A DNA stretch of 64,000 nucleotides from Ruditapes philippinarum (lineage: Eukaryota). Positions 1 to 15,181 of this stretch are shown in pieces. The position numbers were made by a program, and so were the translations under genes. Position 1 is the stretch's first letter. Each line of letters opens with the position of its first letter. The stretch spans positions 248,001 to 312,000 of the forward strand of contig NW_026866687.1 in the NCBI RefSeq assembly GCF_026571515.1, read 5' to 3'. Under the pieces are notes generated by a model that made no database searches, was not told the origin of the DNA, and was given only the letters and a program-made list of their open reading frames with translations.

Positions 1-260
1 AAATGGTAAGATAACTTGCCTGAGAATGTTATTGATGAAAATGTAACAGAAGTACCAGGTTTCATATCCACATATTGCAATCGAATCAAGTTTTGATCAA
101 ATAAAACCTATTTAATAACGAATAAGATCAATTATGTAACAACGTCGGTTCAATAACATTCTAACTGCTGTTTGTTAGGCTAAAAGTCATTCGTTTCTTG
201 TCCTCTGCCTATAAAAGAAATTCAAGATTCTAATTCAAGTTACTCTATGTTTATTTACAG

Positions 261-3200
261 AACTCCTGCCCACGTAATGCTGAAAATTGCTATTGTCCGG
301 ATGTCGGACAATGTGAGATCTTTAACTACACTGTACCATTAAACAAACTGATTGAAATCAACAAACATGTGGGCAATCACAACAGAAATTACTATTTCAC
401 TTTAAAAGTTACAAACAATGCACATTTGTTTAACATAGAGCGTGTTGATATATTGGTCGATGATTCCCCACCAGACGTTGGCGTTCTCTTTGAGGGTAAA
501 TATTTTTCTAAGTGCAATATCGTAATATTATTCACGCATTTTCACCCATGATTTACTAAGGCCCTGCTCTATCAACCTGAGACAACTCCCGTCCTAAGAT
601 TTGTCAAAGATATTCTTACCAACCTAAGAAAAATTTGCGGCCCTCACTAAATTGTTTCTCAACACCTTTCTGCGATGACGGTTCGCTTAGACATTACCCC
701 CCGGACAAAACTAATTTTTGCTTTCCGGATATATTCGCGGAAGAAAATCTTGTTTTTAATGTAACGAATAGTTATATATACAGGGATATTTATAGAGCAC
801 AGCACGACCAAATCATAGCTATACTCCGTCATCATGAACTCGAAGAAGATTAAGTTTCGAGCTAGGGGAATTTTTAAGGAAAAGGTGATAACGTTCGGTG
901 GAAACGAGGTTCAAGGTTTATGAGGGCATTTCATCGAACTTTACCTCAATATTTTGTTGATATATTTCAAAAGTGAAACTAGAAAAACTTCATCAAAAAT
1001 TAAACTGCAAAGTTATGATAAAAAAAGGAAAGCTCATCTTAATCATTTTTACAATACTGACCTTTTTTTTTTCTTTTTTTTTTCTCCTCAACTGCAGTAA
1101 CATTTTCTTTATATTTTGGTTCATGAATCATAAGCCTTTCATAAGATTATTAACATCAACATGTCCGTATCTACAGAGCAAATTATTCCACCTTGAACTG
1201 ACACGATGTATTTCCATTTCAGATTTGAAATTAACTTACATTGAACTAGGAATTATATGTATCGGTTCTTTTTATCATCTTTACTGGTTAATACAAAACA
1301 GTTGTAGCCCAAATTGTTTCATCTAAAAAAAAAATGATTCAATTTCAATAATTTTTCAAAACACAAGATAACTGTAACTATATGCGAAATACAAGTTGTT
1401 GAGTTCGAAGCTATTTCAAATGCATTTGTATTTTGCAGGACCTATGAATGCTAAAGATATTGATTATACAAGTGACAATAACTTTTTAACCCATTGGCAT
1501 GGCTTTATTGATCATGAAAGTGGAATCAAAGAATACAGAATAGGTACTGCGTCTCATTGCTTGAGCAGTAAAGAACTTTACGATTTCAACAATATACCTG
1601 GCATTGATTTCGTTACAAAGGTCCCATACACTGAGACCTCCACTCGTATTCCTGCAAACTTTACGGGCAAACGGTATGTATCTATCATTGCCTTAAACAA
1701 TGCAATGGACCCATCAGAGGCAGTATGTTCTGATGGAATAACTCGAGATCTTTCACCACCTTCTATCCAAAATCTTACATTGGAACATGCATCCTGGTCC
1801 GAAACTTTAGTTTGTCATGAAGGACGAGCATGGCTTTTCCATTCATCGTTAGCAAAAATAAAGCTTGGCAACGTATCAAAATGTAACGATTTATGTAGAA
1901 ACTATCCTCAGCTGCATCCTCTCGCGTCAGCTCTTCCTACTTTAAACATACAAGAAAAAGATTCAGATGTTTCGCAATTTATGTGTGAATCAAAAAGCTG
2001 GTACCTGAACGCCTCGATTATTTACCTACCAAATAACCATATTAAACTAGATTGGGACATTGAAGAGGATGGAAGCCAAATTGATGATGTTTTTGTAGGA
2101 ATTGGAACTGATCCTTCTGAGTTCAATTCGCCGAGAATTGATGCATATAAGTCAGCATCGAAACGGAATGCGTTTAAATATGCACATGAAGGAATTGGAT
2201 CGAATGAATTGTTCTTCGTATTTTTGAAAGTTGTCAACAAAGCCAGTCGAGAAAGTGTTTTAAGTTTAGGTCCTATCTTGATAGATCAAACGCCTCCGAT
2301 TTGTAAAGAAATTCCAAAAGTAAACATCGAAGAGGAATTTATCGTTGTTGGTTGGGAAAATGAAACATTCTATGACATCGAACAAGATCAGAAAATCGAC
2401 TCTATCTATTTTGAAATAGGTAATTCTAACCTTTATAATATATCCAAACAGAATTCTGTCAATTTGATAAAATGATTGTTATTCTCTATATTTACTACAC
2501 AAATACTGAAAATGATACGTATTTACCGTATTTATTTGGCTACATTGTCAAATCTTTATTATACATTCGTTTGATATAATCATTCATAAAGTATTCTATT
2601 AATTTAGAATCATAGCATAGTTTAACATTACTGATGCGTAATTATATTCACTAAATTTTCACTATTTAATCATGTGTAATCTTCCATACATCACAGGACA
2701 TGACGACACCAAAGTAACACCATTGTTACAGTGGGACCTTGGAACGTCTGCGCCATGTTACGAATATAGTGGTGGTTGTTTCAGATATCCTATCAAAAGA
2801 TTACAAAAGGAAGATAATGATCTCGGTTTATACTTTTTCATAAATATGCACGTATACAACAAAGCTGGCCATTTCATCACTGTTTCCACAGATGCATTTC
2901 AGATACCTTCAACCTACCCTCCGGGTCACGGGATTGTATTTGACGCCGATCCGGAACATAAGTCACATACATTTGATGTCAATGCACACTTTACAGCACA
3001 TACTTTATGTCTAAAATGGGACGGTTTTAAACATCATGAGTCAGTTAAAATCGAAATAGGTATTGGATCTAATAACTTGACAGACAATGTTGTTCCTTTT
3101 AGCACCCACAACCGCTCAACCAATTATCACTGTATAAAATCGCCCAACATTAAATTTCAACAAACCTACTATGCACTTGTTAAGGCGTCTTGTACCGGTG

Positions 3201-6200
3201 GTCTCACAGTCTCGCCATCAAATGGAATCGTCGTTTTAAATGAGAGTAAACTATTAGACTCGCTAGATGTTTATCTTGGAGAGGAATGCTCAACTGTTGA
3301 TTTAATACAATCAGAACGTATCAATTCTACAATAGCAAATAATTCAGTGACATTTCCAGCTCATGTAGGTAAACGATATAAACTCTCTGTTGTCAACAGC
3401 TCAGTTGCTTCACTTGTCACTAATGATGGTATAATTGAAAACGACACAGGAAATAATGCATTATATTTCGTATCGTTCAGTGAATACCCTGTTATTTACT
3501 TTAATTTTGCCCCCGGATCAACAAATCAAGAAATAGAACTACTTATTCATAATTGTCCCGATACAAAATATTTAACTAATAGAAACGTCGTGACGGCACA
3601 TTGGTTTTATGACGATCGTGTGGCTTATGGATTGGTATTTCAAATCGCTTTATTAAGAGTAACAAGGACATACAGAAATATATCTGTTGTACCTTTCATG
3701 CAATATGAATCAGTTTTATATCGACAAACTCACAAGTTTCTGAATATTGATTTAGAACTGAACAAGTATTACAAACTTGCTGTTAAACAATGTACTAACG
3801 TTACGTGTCTCGATCCGGTATTTTCTAAAGATTTTAGCGTAAGTGGGGTACCAGAACCAGGCAGGATACTTGTGTCCAGTCTTTTAAAAGAAGCTTATGA
3901 CCCTCATGCAAAGATAGATTTGAAGTGGAATGCTTTTCAAAAGTGACAACTCGATACTTTTTTACCAGTGGGCTGTTTCTGCTGACAATAAGGGAAATAT
4001 GATTCTGACACAGTGGCAAACAATAAAGCCAACAACAGAAATTTGTATCAGGTCAGTAGGTATTTTATATTGAAACAATCACAAAAACGAATAATTTGAA
4101 GTTGCAGTTACAATTTTATTGATTGCTCTACTTGTTTTACTTTTGAATTCGCAGAGAGTATGTATCCTTCTAATGTTATATTTGTATAATATTTTCTTTA
4201 TTAATTAGGTCAATTCATCTGTTGATTTACCTGTGCATCTCCACTCAACGAAGTTCAGTTGTATCCGTGCTTTCGACATGGCAGGAAATGAAGCTATCCT
4301 CTGTCATCACATGGAATGCATAACAAATGGAACTTATATGGCGTCTGCCATTTATGATTTTGACTCAAACTCGAAAGCCTGGAAGACAATTCTTGAGGTA
4401 AAAGAAGATGTAATATGATGTGTTGTAAAACAAGTAAAACATACAATAAAGGCAAAATCTCAAAGCAAGCTCTTTAACAAAATTTGTAAAACATTGAACT
4501 ACATGTATAAGTATTGATTAAAACCTCCACAAAGATCTTAGTACACATGACCTTACTGTTTGTTTTGAAAGAAAGACATTCCAGCCTTTTCTTCATGCTC
4601 ACTTTAAGTATATTGGCGTAATTCAAATCAAATATTTTTCAACATTATCTTACAATTTTACTAAAATGCTGTACACACTATTATACTCTACTAGCCTTCT
4701 TTTAAAGATACTCCATAGCTCAAATATTGGAAGCCTATATACACTTCTTCATGACAACGAATTGGACTTTGGAACATCGGGAACAGAAGTTGTTGGTGTG
4801 ATTTTGTATGCTGCCGAGCGGAATATCACATGGTTTTTGATGGACGACAATCGTGTTCCGTTGTCGTGTGAACTAAGTAAAAAGTGTATTATTTCAAAAG
4901 TAACAAATACGGGCTTTGTATCATTTGCGAGTGCAGTTACAAAGCCAAATTCCATTCACTTCATATGCGCTTACTCTAGCAGAACATCAGTAATCAGAGA
5001 GGTGTATACAGAAGTGTTAGACGAAATTAAAACATGTAGCAACGGCTTTGTCATTGACAGTATTGCGCCAGTAGCTGGCAAAGTTGAAATCAAAAACAAA
5101 GATGGTTTCCTTACTAGTCTTGATAACGTTGAAATTTCCTGGGATAAATTTGAAGATAACATAGATGCGATAAAACTTGGATATCCTGGTAATATACCAG
5201 CATACAGCTATGGAATAGGTATAAATATGCAGATTACTTTACTAAGTATCATATTTTAGTAAACCAAACATGATTTATATCATTATAATTTCAGAAAAGT
5301 GGGTTCAATTCTCTAAATAATTCAATAACTGATATGTACCTAAAATCATTGTAAGCACCAAGTTATCAAAGTTTTGTCATTTAAAATCATTTAAAGCAAA
5401 ATAACAGACACCTTTGCGTCAACTCTGTCATACCACAAAGTTGTGTATTATATATTCTAGGAAGTCGCCCGCTCGCAGACGATATCAAACGGTTTACAAA
5501 TGTTGGTTATAACACAAGAGATGTTATCAATAATTTGACTTTGTCTGATGGATCATCGATATTCATAACTGTAACAGGTTTGTTAAAATAACATTCCAAT
5601 GTTCAATATTATCAATATAAGTAACTCTTTAGTATAATCATAGAATATGATTTTTTTGGTACAGGTGCAAAAAAAATTGCCTTAAAAGAAATAAATAGTC
5701 GTTTCGTTTTGTAATGTATTTCTAGAGACATTTTAAATTCAAAAGGCGAAAATTCAAATTTTTCAGATAAATTTCTTGCTTTATTAAGTGTAATAATATC
5801 TATCGACTAGTGCCATTTGCATACATAAATTAACAAGCAATTTGGTGTATTTGCACAGCAAGAGACCATGCTGGAAACGCAGCATCAACATCTTCCAATG
5901 AACTCATTGTTGATACATCACCACCTTTGTGCGGTAAGCTGGAACTATCAACAATTGGACAAGTCCACGACAGTTCCTATTATCTAAAAGATACGCAGAT
6001 AACAGTTCATTTATCTGAATTCAAAGATGAAGAAAGTGGTATCGATCATTTTGAAATTGGTGTCGGCACTCAGCCTTTCTTTACGGATATCTTGCCAGCA
6101 GGTGTCTTCTACCAAAGCGATATTATCATACATATTCCAGACCACGACATAAAAGACGGTCATACGTATTATATAGCATCAAAGGTAAACATATGATAGT

Positions 6201-9200
6201 CTATTTCTATGTTAGTTATCCTTTCTTTTATATGTTTGCCAGCATATAAACAGTGGTACTCAATACTAATGCAAATTACCATAATCTATAAAAATAAGAA
6301 ACAATACAATAGGAATGGCAAAGTTTAAATAACGAAGACCAAAAACATTTACCTGAGACCAAATCATTATAGATTGCTTATGTATGTTAACATACTGAGT
6401 TTAAATTTGGTTCATTTTCTCCTTAGGCTATTAATAGAGCTGGATTATCATCAGAATTCACATATTTACGGACTATAGCCGACAGTACGCCCCCAAATGG
6501 TGGTCATGTTTTTGAAGGCAAAATAGGAAGTCAGGTAATTATGATATTCATTAAAATGCATGATTTCCTAATTTCTTTATACTATTTAATACTTTTATTT
6601 CCCACATAAATAACTAGTAGCTCTAATCTCCAGCGATACTAGTCTTGACATTTCATTGTATAATTCATTGATATGCTATGATTTTTGTCATAGAAAGAGG
6701 AAGATTATCAGTCTGATATTACGGAAATAAACGTGCATTGGAATGGTTTTAGCGATCCACATAGTGGGATAGCCTTTTATAGAGCAGCTCTTGGGACGAA
6801 GCCATTTACTGAAAACATTGAGCCCTTTGTAAATGTTGGACTTCTGGAATGTAAGATTTTATTTAGTTCACCATATTATGTAATTAACAATGACACATCT
6901 ACCTGAAGCCAGATTGCTGCATAAATAAACTGATTTAAAACACTAATGTTCATTTTGAAGAAACTCCCTAAATCTTAACTATAACAACATATATTAAACA
7001 TCACTATTACTGTATAATTTTGATTTTATATTCATTTGCTTTTTATTAAGATACAACGTGGCATGGAGAATTTTCTACTGGTAAAAGATATTTTACCACA
7101 GTAGAGGCATGTAACGACGCAGGTCTCTGTATAGCCCGATCATCTGATGGTATTACTCTGGACACTTCACCACCAACACCAGGATATGTGCAGATTGGTT
7201 CAGACGAGCTTCACAAGAAATATCAGTCACATACGTAAGTAATAAATAAAACTCAATTATTAAAGGGCTACAACAGGTACTTATAGATAATTAACATTTC
7301 ATTTAATGTCTCCAGTTCAAGTAAGTTATGAAAGCATTTAAATGCATTCATTTTTATGTTTTCACAGGTCATCAGTCCACGTGAAATGGGCGGGGTTTGA
7401 AGACCCAGAGTCTAGCATCGATCACTACGAAATGTGCATTGGAACGAGACCAGGTACATGTGATATTTCAGAACGCACAAACTGTTTATTGCAGTCTAAT
7501 ATAATCAAAACAGGGCTTAGTCTTCCATCAAAAACACCCTTATTTGCAACCGTTATTGCTTTTAATAAACTTTTACTCAATGTAACAAAATCATCTGACA
7601 GCTTCTTTGTTGATGGAACATCCCCATTTGTTTCCATAAGACCATGTTTTATGGTTGCGAAAAATAACATCGATGGGAAACTAGGTCAATGGGATAGATC
7701 TATTTTACATATAAAGTGGGAATTTCTTGACGATGAAAGTCCGATTGTTCGTCATTATGTTTCCCTTGTTACGCATCATGAAGGTCACACTCCCGTAGAA
7801 AATATACAAATAGGAGCCGAAAACAACCTTACAATAAGTTTGGACGGTAGATCATGGCTTCATAATGGGGATACGTATTTCGCTACCGTTACATGCTGTA
7901 ACCTGGCTGGTCTTTGTGTTTCTGAAAGAAGCAATGATCATATTGTTGACTCGACACCACCGCATCTGGGTGGTTTCCAACCACCAATGTTTTGGGAGAA
8001 CATTAATGTGTCAGAGAATGCAATGAAGACAAATATAACACTTTCATGGTACGGTTTTCATGATCAGGAATCTGACATCGAGACATATTTTATCACAATA
8101 AGTAAAACATATAGCGGAAATGAGATAACAAATGGTGTGGTTACCGTTAATGTTGATCCGTCGGATAGTAAAACTGAGCATACGTTTTCATTTCTTGCAA
8201 CTGATGAGTTAGTAAGAGATGATAAAATATATTTAACAATATGGGCACAAAACTCTGTAGGACTTAACAGTTCAATGGCACGGGCTTCAGTATTTGTGTT
8301 ATCAAGTCTGTCAACAGCTGATGTTTCAAACCACAGAGGCACTCTTGAGCTTGAAAAACACTCCTGTGATATACAGTATTGTAATAAGGATTGTACGTGT
8401 GCAGTTGTTGGCAGACCGTGTGTCGAGGTACAATCAAACTCGACTTGCCTTGAAGTACCCTCTCCGTTAGTAGATCAGGATGTTCCTAACATTCAAGTTT
8501 TCAATGGACTTTATGAAAACTCACCTAATATCTCAACGTCCTCTGCTTGTATCTCCGGAAGTTGGAAAGTAGGCGATGGTAAAAGCAACAATACGGACAT
8601 TTCACGCTTTGAATGGACTATGGGTTTACAGCACCAACCTTATGGGGACGGGATATTTGATTTGAAGAACGAAATTCCATGGAATGATGTAGGATTGCAG
8701 TCACAAGTTGTGCATTGCTTACCCGTAAATAGGTCTCTAATAGCACGCGAAAAATATGTAATTTATGTTAGGGCTTGGCTTTCAAGTGACAGATATGCCA
8801 CGTTTCATTCGGCTCCTATACTAATAGATCATTCGCCTCCATCTTTGACACGAGGTCACACAATTTTGGATTCGAATGAATTATGCAATATGGATTTCGA
8901 TATAATAGACTGGATGGATACAATTACAGTGTGTTGGAATGGAGTTTTCTCAGAACAGCAGGGATTCATCGTAAATTACTTCCTAGCAATGGGGACGTAT
9001 CCCTCTGGTATGATCTTCTTTACTTTTGTTTTATCCATCAATATTTCATAATAGATATAGATATTTTGTATGTAAGAAGCTATTTCGTGTGATTTTTTGT
9101 TTTTTGCACTTGTTAAATATATTTTTATTTTTCACATCTTCAGTTTTTTAATTATAATCAAAAGATTTATACAGGGTGATTGGAGTGTACATGCAGTACT

Positions 9201-12200
9201 TATCCATATTATTGCATGACTTTTTAAGGTGACGATATTATTCAACGGCAAGATGTGGGTTTAATCTCTAGTTTCACCTTCAGAAAGCTGTCTTTATCTC
9301 ACGGAACTAAGTATTTCTTCACAATCACAGCTTATAACAACGTAGGGTTGCACACGTCTGCTGTATCTGATGGTTTCATCGTTGACATGGACGACCCGAT
9401 CAGTGGTGTGGTCTACAACACTCCTAAGCATAGAAACGCACCATACCAGTCCTCTACTTCAACCATTGGCTTATCTTGGCATGGGTTTCAAGACAAGGTT
9501 TCTGGAATACGAAATTATTTTTCAGCAATTAGCGATACGCCAACTATTAAAATGGGCATAAACTTTACAAACACTGGACTTAGTACAAAACATATTTTCA
9601 GAAATTTAGAGCTCAAACATGGGCAAAAGTACTACGGATTTGTTAAATCTGTAGATAACGTTGGGCATCAAAGCCTGATTGCTGTATCAAATGATATAAA
9701 CATTGATACTACTCCTCCAACTGCATTCACATGTCATACATATACTGATATCAAGCATGTATCAAAAATGACAGACGTTAATGAGAAGGCAATAAACTTA
9801 CATTTCAATGCTTCTTTGGGCACATTATATAAAATCACTGGCTATGTGTTATTAGGTAAAAGTGATGAAGCAAAAGTTGTTCTTCATTTAGGTCAGATCC
9901 ACACATTGCTTCCACTCATGAAATATCATAATCAGACACTAATTTTCGAGCATACTTTCTTTGCTTTGACTTCTGGTTCTCAAATAATTTCGATTGAAAA
10001 TTTAAATTCAAATCACAAATACTTTGCTTTAAACATGACGCTATATAAATGCATAAAGGATTTTGAAAGCAGTACTGGAGCGATTACACTCACGCAGACT
10101 TCAAGATCACTAGTTGCAGTGCGGGTGCTTGTAAGAGATAGAGAAAGTCCTATTAGTAAGGTGTGTGCAAGTATATTTTTAATTTTTACATTAATAAATT
10201 TTCATAACTTTCATTTCTATGTAGATATCGATTAATTATTTCCTTTTCAATAACAATATATTTAATTATTTGATTCCTGTTTGGATCCTTTAAATATGAT
10301 TAAAAATGATTTTGTATATAAATAAAAACAGTTAGAAATACGTCATGAAACATCTTTAATAAAGTTTTAAATAGATTGACGATGATTGTTGCATTGTTTA
10401 TATTTTTATTCACTACATTCTTGAACTGACATGTAAAATTTAATTGCACATGTCGAATACAGGGGATTTGTTTTGAATGATTTTAATAAGTAAACTCAAT
10501 GGACCTTCTTCCGTCAATAAGGCCTAGAACAAAACATTGTTTGTTTCCCCTCCCGCACCCTGCCCACGAAAATGATTAATCACCAAATAATCTTATTACC
10601 AAATAAAACAAAAAACATAAAGTAGTAGGGCGGGTCAGTAAAATTGACAGATTTACATCGGTTTCAATCCTTCGCTTTTTTTAATACGCTAAACCTTTGG
10701 TTTTACATAAACTATTAATAGATGCTAAGTTTTGATATTCATATAAATCTGATATATATATTTTAGTAAGAAAGGATTTTGAGAAAAATATAATATTTTA
10801 CCTACCTACATAATCTACCAAAACAGGCATGGGTGATAGGAGAAGAAACAATGATTATTTAATGCTGGCCTGTGTTTGTATGAAATTATCATTGGCATAT
10901 TTACCATAGATTCAAATAGGAGCAGGAACCACGCCTGGAGGTTTTCAGGTTAAATCTCTTTCACGGGTACATCATCTTAATCATAACCATCTGATACAAA
11001 CCAACGTTCAACATAGAACCAATGTCTATGTCACAGCCATTGTTGAGAATAAGGCAGGACTAAGGACAGTATTCAAGTCAAAGCCTCTTACCATTGACCA
11101 CACAAAACCTGTTGTTAAACATCTGTCTGGGAACCTGCGATATGTAGAAGAAAATGTATCGGGCATTGTCGACACTAAAACAATCGTTCATGCGTCATGG
11201 GATGTAGTTGATGACGAAAGTGGAACAAGCATCTGCTATTGTTCAATAGGTGTTCATCTTGATTATCTTTCAGTATTTTTTTTTCAAAAACTATTTTCTG
11301 ATGTAAACATAATTATTATTTATCATTATTATTATGTATGAAATTGTAATCTATTTCTTTGTGACCAGTCAAGGAACAAAGAAAACGTAGGCTATACATA
11401 TCTACAACATGTAACGTGATTTATTCTAATATTTTTCTAAACATTTTGTGTTCATCATACAGGCTTCGTTATGGCACAGCGGCAAAACTATTTCACTGCA
11501 ATATATATATTTCAGGTCATAAACCACATACACAGGATATTAATGCATACTGGATTGCACAAACCGAAACGTCGTGTGAATCAAATGGACTTATTCTCTC
11601 GCATGGTCAAAATGTCTTCGTAAATCTGAAGTGTTTTAATAACGTTGGTCTATCAACTGAAAATGTGACAGATCAACTGGTTGTTTCACTGCATGCATCC
11701 GACACATTTGGTGCTGAATTAGCGTTTATACCACTGAATAAGGAAGTTGATGGAGATGTGGCACGCATTGGATCAAGTTTGCCAGTGCAATCAAATAACT
11801 CATGCCTCCAGTTAAAATGGAGTGGATTTACAGACCTGTCTGGTATAGCGCATTATGAATACCGAGTATACCAAAATAAACACACTGTTCTTAAGGAATG
11901 GGAGAAAACTAAAAAGGACATGGTTAAGATAGCAAATATTGATTTAAGAAGTGGGGAAGTCATGGCAGAAGTCAGAGCTATAAACACAGGGTCGCTTATT
12001 AGTGACTCTGTAAATGCTTCGCTTTTTGTTGCGAACCATCCTCCAAGATTAACAGGTAACTTTATTGTAAATGTTGTATACGCAAAATCAGCTTACTCTT
12101 GTCATTCTAAAACAAAACAAATAGCGCTATTGCTATTTATTACGAATAACACGAATAATTTTGTATCCTGTATCAGTCGAAACTTCATTAACAAGGTAAA

Positions 12201-12558
12201 AAATATTTCAACCTAATATATTAATACTTAATCCAAAGGCAATGTGTGTTTTATGTTTTTTGTATTCTCAGGTCTTACAGCGAAATTTACAAGACAAGGT
12301 GAGCAATTACATTTGAGCTGGGCTAAAGTCTTTGATGCTATAAATGATGTCCCGTTTACATTCAGTCTTACAATAGGTACGAGAAAAGGATATACAGATA
12401 TCCTCGACATAAATTATATCAGCGATGATAATATTGATGTGCCTATCCCTAGATCTACGATCATTACACCTATAGTGAAGGAAGTCTTCGTATCGGTCGA
12501 TTGTATCTACAAGACTGGACTGCGAGCTACATATGCTACTATCTACAAGCTTGCTTGA
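261..12558 (+). CDS. 3' part of a very large uncharacterised protein made of tandem fibronectin type III-like repeats (gene starts upstream of window)
   Basis: GT-AG exons: 261-495, 1439-2419, 2697-4055, 4209-4397, 4708-5218, 5461-5577, 5859-6184, 6427-6534, 6694-6850, 7051-7234, 7368-9007, 9229-10160, 10910-11249, 11516-12055, 12272-12558 (TGA). A donor GTAAG sits at 6-10. Phases agree if one extra A at 3939-3942 is removed (7905 nt = 2635 codons). Recurrent module: D-x-[ST]-P-P...W-x-G-F-x-D-x-E-S-G-I..Y..IGT..N-x-A-G-L..S-[DN]-G. AATAAA at 12583-12588. Confidence 0.85.
10520..10871. mobile_element. Probable decayed MITE in an intron of the giant gene
   Basis: Imperfect TIRs AGGCCTAGAACAAAACATTGTTT..AAACAATGATTATTTAATGCTGGCCT. 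Confidence 0.4.
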
Positions 12559-14460
12559 CATTTTATGGACTTTGACATTAAAAATAAATATACGTTTTGC
12601 TTTGGGTTTTTTTCTTCCTTTTTTTAACCATTTGCTGTCTTTTTAAGGCGCCTTTAGATAGTTTTGTAGTTTGTTTGACTGATACATAATTTTTTGACAT
12701 TTAAGCTCTTCGTCATTTTAAATAAAAATGTATATAGTGTCATGACTAACGCATTTTTTCACCGCTTTAGCATTTTTGTTTAAGGCCTTTATATTTTTAA
12801 GTGGATACCTTTTTCAGCGTACTCCATTTCACACTGAGATCTGTAATAAGTAATCAGTAAAGGTCCATTTTCTCAGAAACAACTAACTGTATTCATTTCA
12901 AACTTAGTATACTTGTTCATTATCAATGTGAAATATCAGAAGGGCAAATAATTTATGCATTTTTATAAAAACAGGTTATGCCATTTTTTGCTAAATTTTG
13001 CTCAATTATCTTCCTTTTATGTTTTTTTATGTTTTTAAATTATTGTCACATATACATGTATTTACTTCAACTTGATAAACTTGTCTACGGTCAAGAGCAG
13101 ATAATTCTGTCAATCAGTTCTTAAGAATTATTACTTGTTTTTCTTGTTTGCCTTTTCCATTCTATCAAGTACTGAGAAAATTAAAATGTGCTGCTCATTG
13201 GATACATCTGTATGTATCTCATATTTTGAATTGATATAGACACGATGTTTTATTATAATATTAAAGAACATATTATAAGCATTTGAGAGAAAAAAGAACC
13301 GTCAACTTGAGAACCTTTAAAAGCGCCTCTGATTGACTGAAACTAACTTTACATAAATCAAGATGTTTATACAAAATTACATTATATGATAGACACGCAT
13401 TTATCTTCTTTCGTTTTCTTGAAACGGATTTTAATATCATTTGTTTTCTACATACTATTTTCTTTACTGCGTTTTTACTAGTAGATACCTGTTTTTGCAT
13501 TAATTATATAATCAGAAATAAAAAGTTGAGGAAAATTTTGACTTGTTAATTGCTTTTGATAAATTTATACTTCAAAATAAGTTGCTGACCTTGAATTGGG
13601 CCTGATTGATATGAATGGTTAACGGTGATAGTTGAATTAGGGAAAGTCATCTTACAAAGTTAATGTCAGTCATCAGTTCTTATAGAAGACATAGACCGAT
13701 TCATGTTGCAATGACAAGGGCAGATGGCAGGATGAATTTTAATTCGTTACAGAGATTTTATTCATTCGTTTCATTAGATTACATCTAGATCAGCTTAGCG
13801 AAGTTTAACTCTGAATCCAAGAATTCCAATATATTCACTTTCGCTACTGAATAATCAAAATATTAAAACAAATTTAAACACTCATGATAATTAAGGGGAT
13901 GCAGCATAGAACAATGCAGGGTGGATATGTGATCCACAGGTAACGCGCTGAACTAATAATCCGTTGGTCGCAAGTTTGTACCCCTGCTCCATCACTTACA
14001 TACAAATAATGTTTTGTTGTTGTTGTGTTTTTCCTATTATACATGTATATTATTATAGTATTCAACCCAGCCATGCTTCCTGTTTTAATTTGGGTCCTGT
14101 TCGGCTCCTTGCCGGTGGTCCTGTGTTGCTGTATCGTGTTGGGTCGCATTAATTAAACGCCACCCTTGCCTTGTTGATCTTGTTTAACATATCAGATACT
14201 ATAACTCCTCTGTTGCGTCTAAATAACGACACTAAATAAACCTTTAGAAAAAATACTGTAGTTATATTTAGCCAGTTAATTCCTACGGAGATTGAAAATG
14301 TAATTTGATTAATTTGATGAGAACAAATAAAGTAATAACAGAAAGTACTAGTAAATAATTAACCCTTAACCAATTCAATTTCTGAATTGTCCATTACCAA
14401 TTTTCGAGATATCAGAAAGAATATTAAAAGTTGTTCAGTCGTCAGTAAATGTCATGATCA

Positions 14461-14624
14461 GACTGCAGGTATTCTTTTACTTTAAATGTTTCTAAATTTC
14501 ACGTCCTTTTCTTGTTCAAATGTTCTGTTAAAGTCGGTGCATGACTGCAGGTATTCTTTTACTTTAAATGTTTCTAAATTTCACGTCCTTTTCTTGTTCA
14601 AATGTTCTGTTAAAGTCGGTGCAT
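14461..14624. repeat. Exact 82-bp tandem duplication
   Basis: GACTGCAGGTATTCTTTTACT..AAGTCGGTGCAT occurs at 14461 and 14543. Confidence 0.9.
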
Positions 14625-15181
14625 GGGGATGGCGTTGAAAGTAGCTTTCACTTGCCACCACCGACTATTATTAAATTCAGTCAACTTGAGCCTACAACAT
14701 TTTATCATTTCCTCGTGTCTGGTCACCTTTAAGGTATAATTTGTTTCTAATTAGATACAGGTAGTATACTTCACTAGTTGATAACAGTCTCGTGTACACT
14801 ATATATATACCGTGGACGACAACAAGACACTTCACTGATATATTCATGATTATAACTCAAACATATACGTGTACGTAATATATATGGTGAACTGATATCA
14901 TATATGTGGTGTACTATTTTATAAACTTTCAGTACAGTACATATGATTTGCGTATTTGTTTTCTGACACGATTGTTTCAGATTCATGAGCATTTTTTAAT
15001 ATGATATCTGTAAGTGTAGTTCTTTGCGTCGTGTCAGTGGCAGATATAGACTAATGATGTGCACATGAATTTATTAATAAATGATTAAACGACTGTTTTC
15101 TTTCTTAAATTTTATTTGCTGGTGTGTTAGTTATATAGTATTGTGTTAGTTATATAGTATTGAAAGAAGGAAATCATAAAG

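Noticed and set aside
2022-8342. Several minus-strand ORFs overlapping the giant gene
   Set aside because: Antisense shadows of long + strand exons with no independent motifs.
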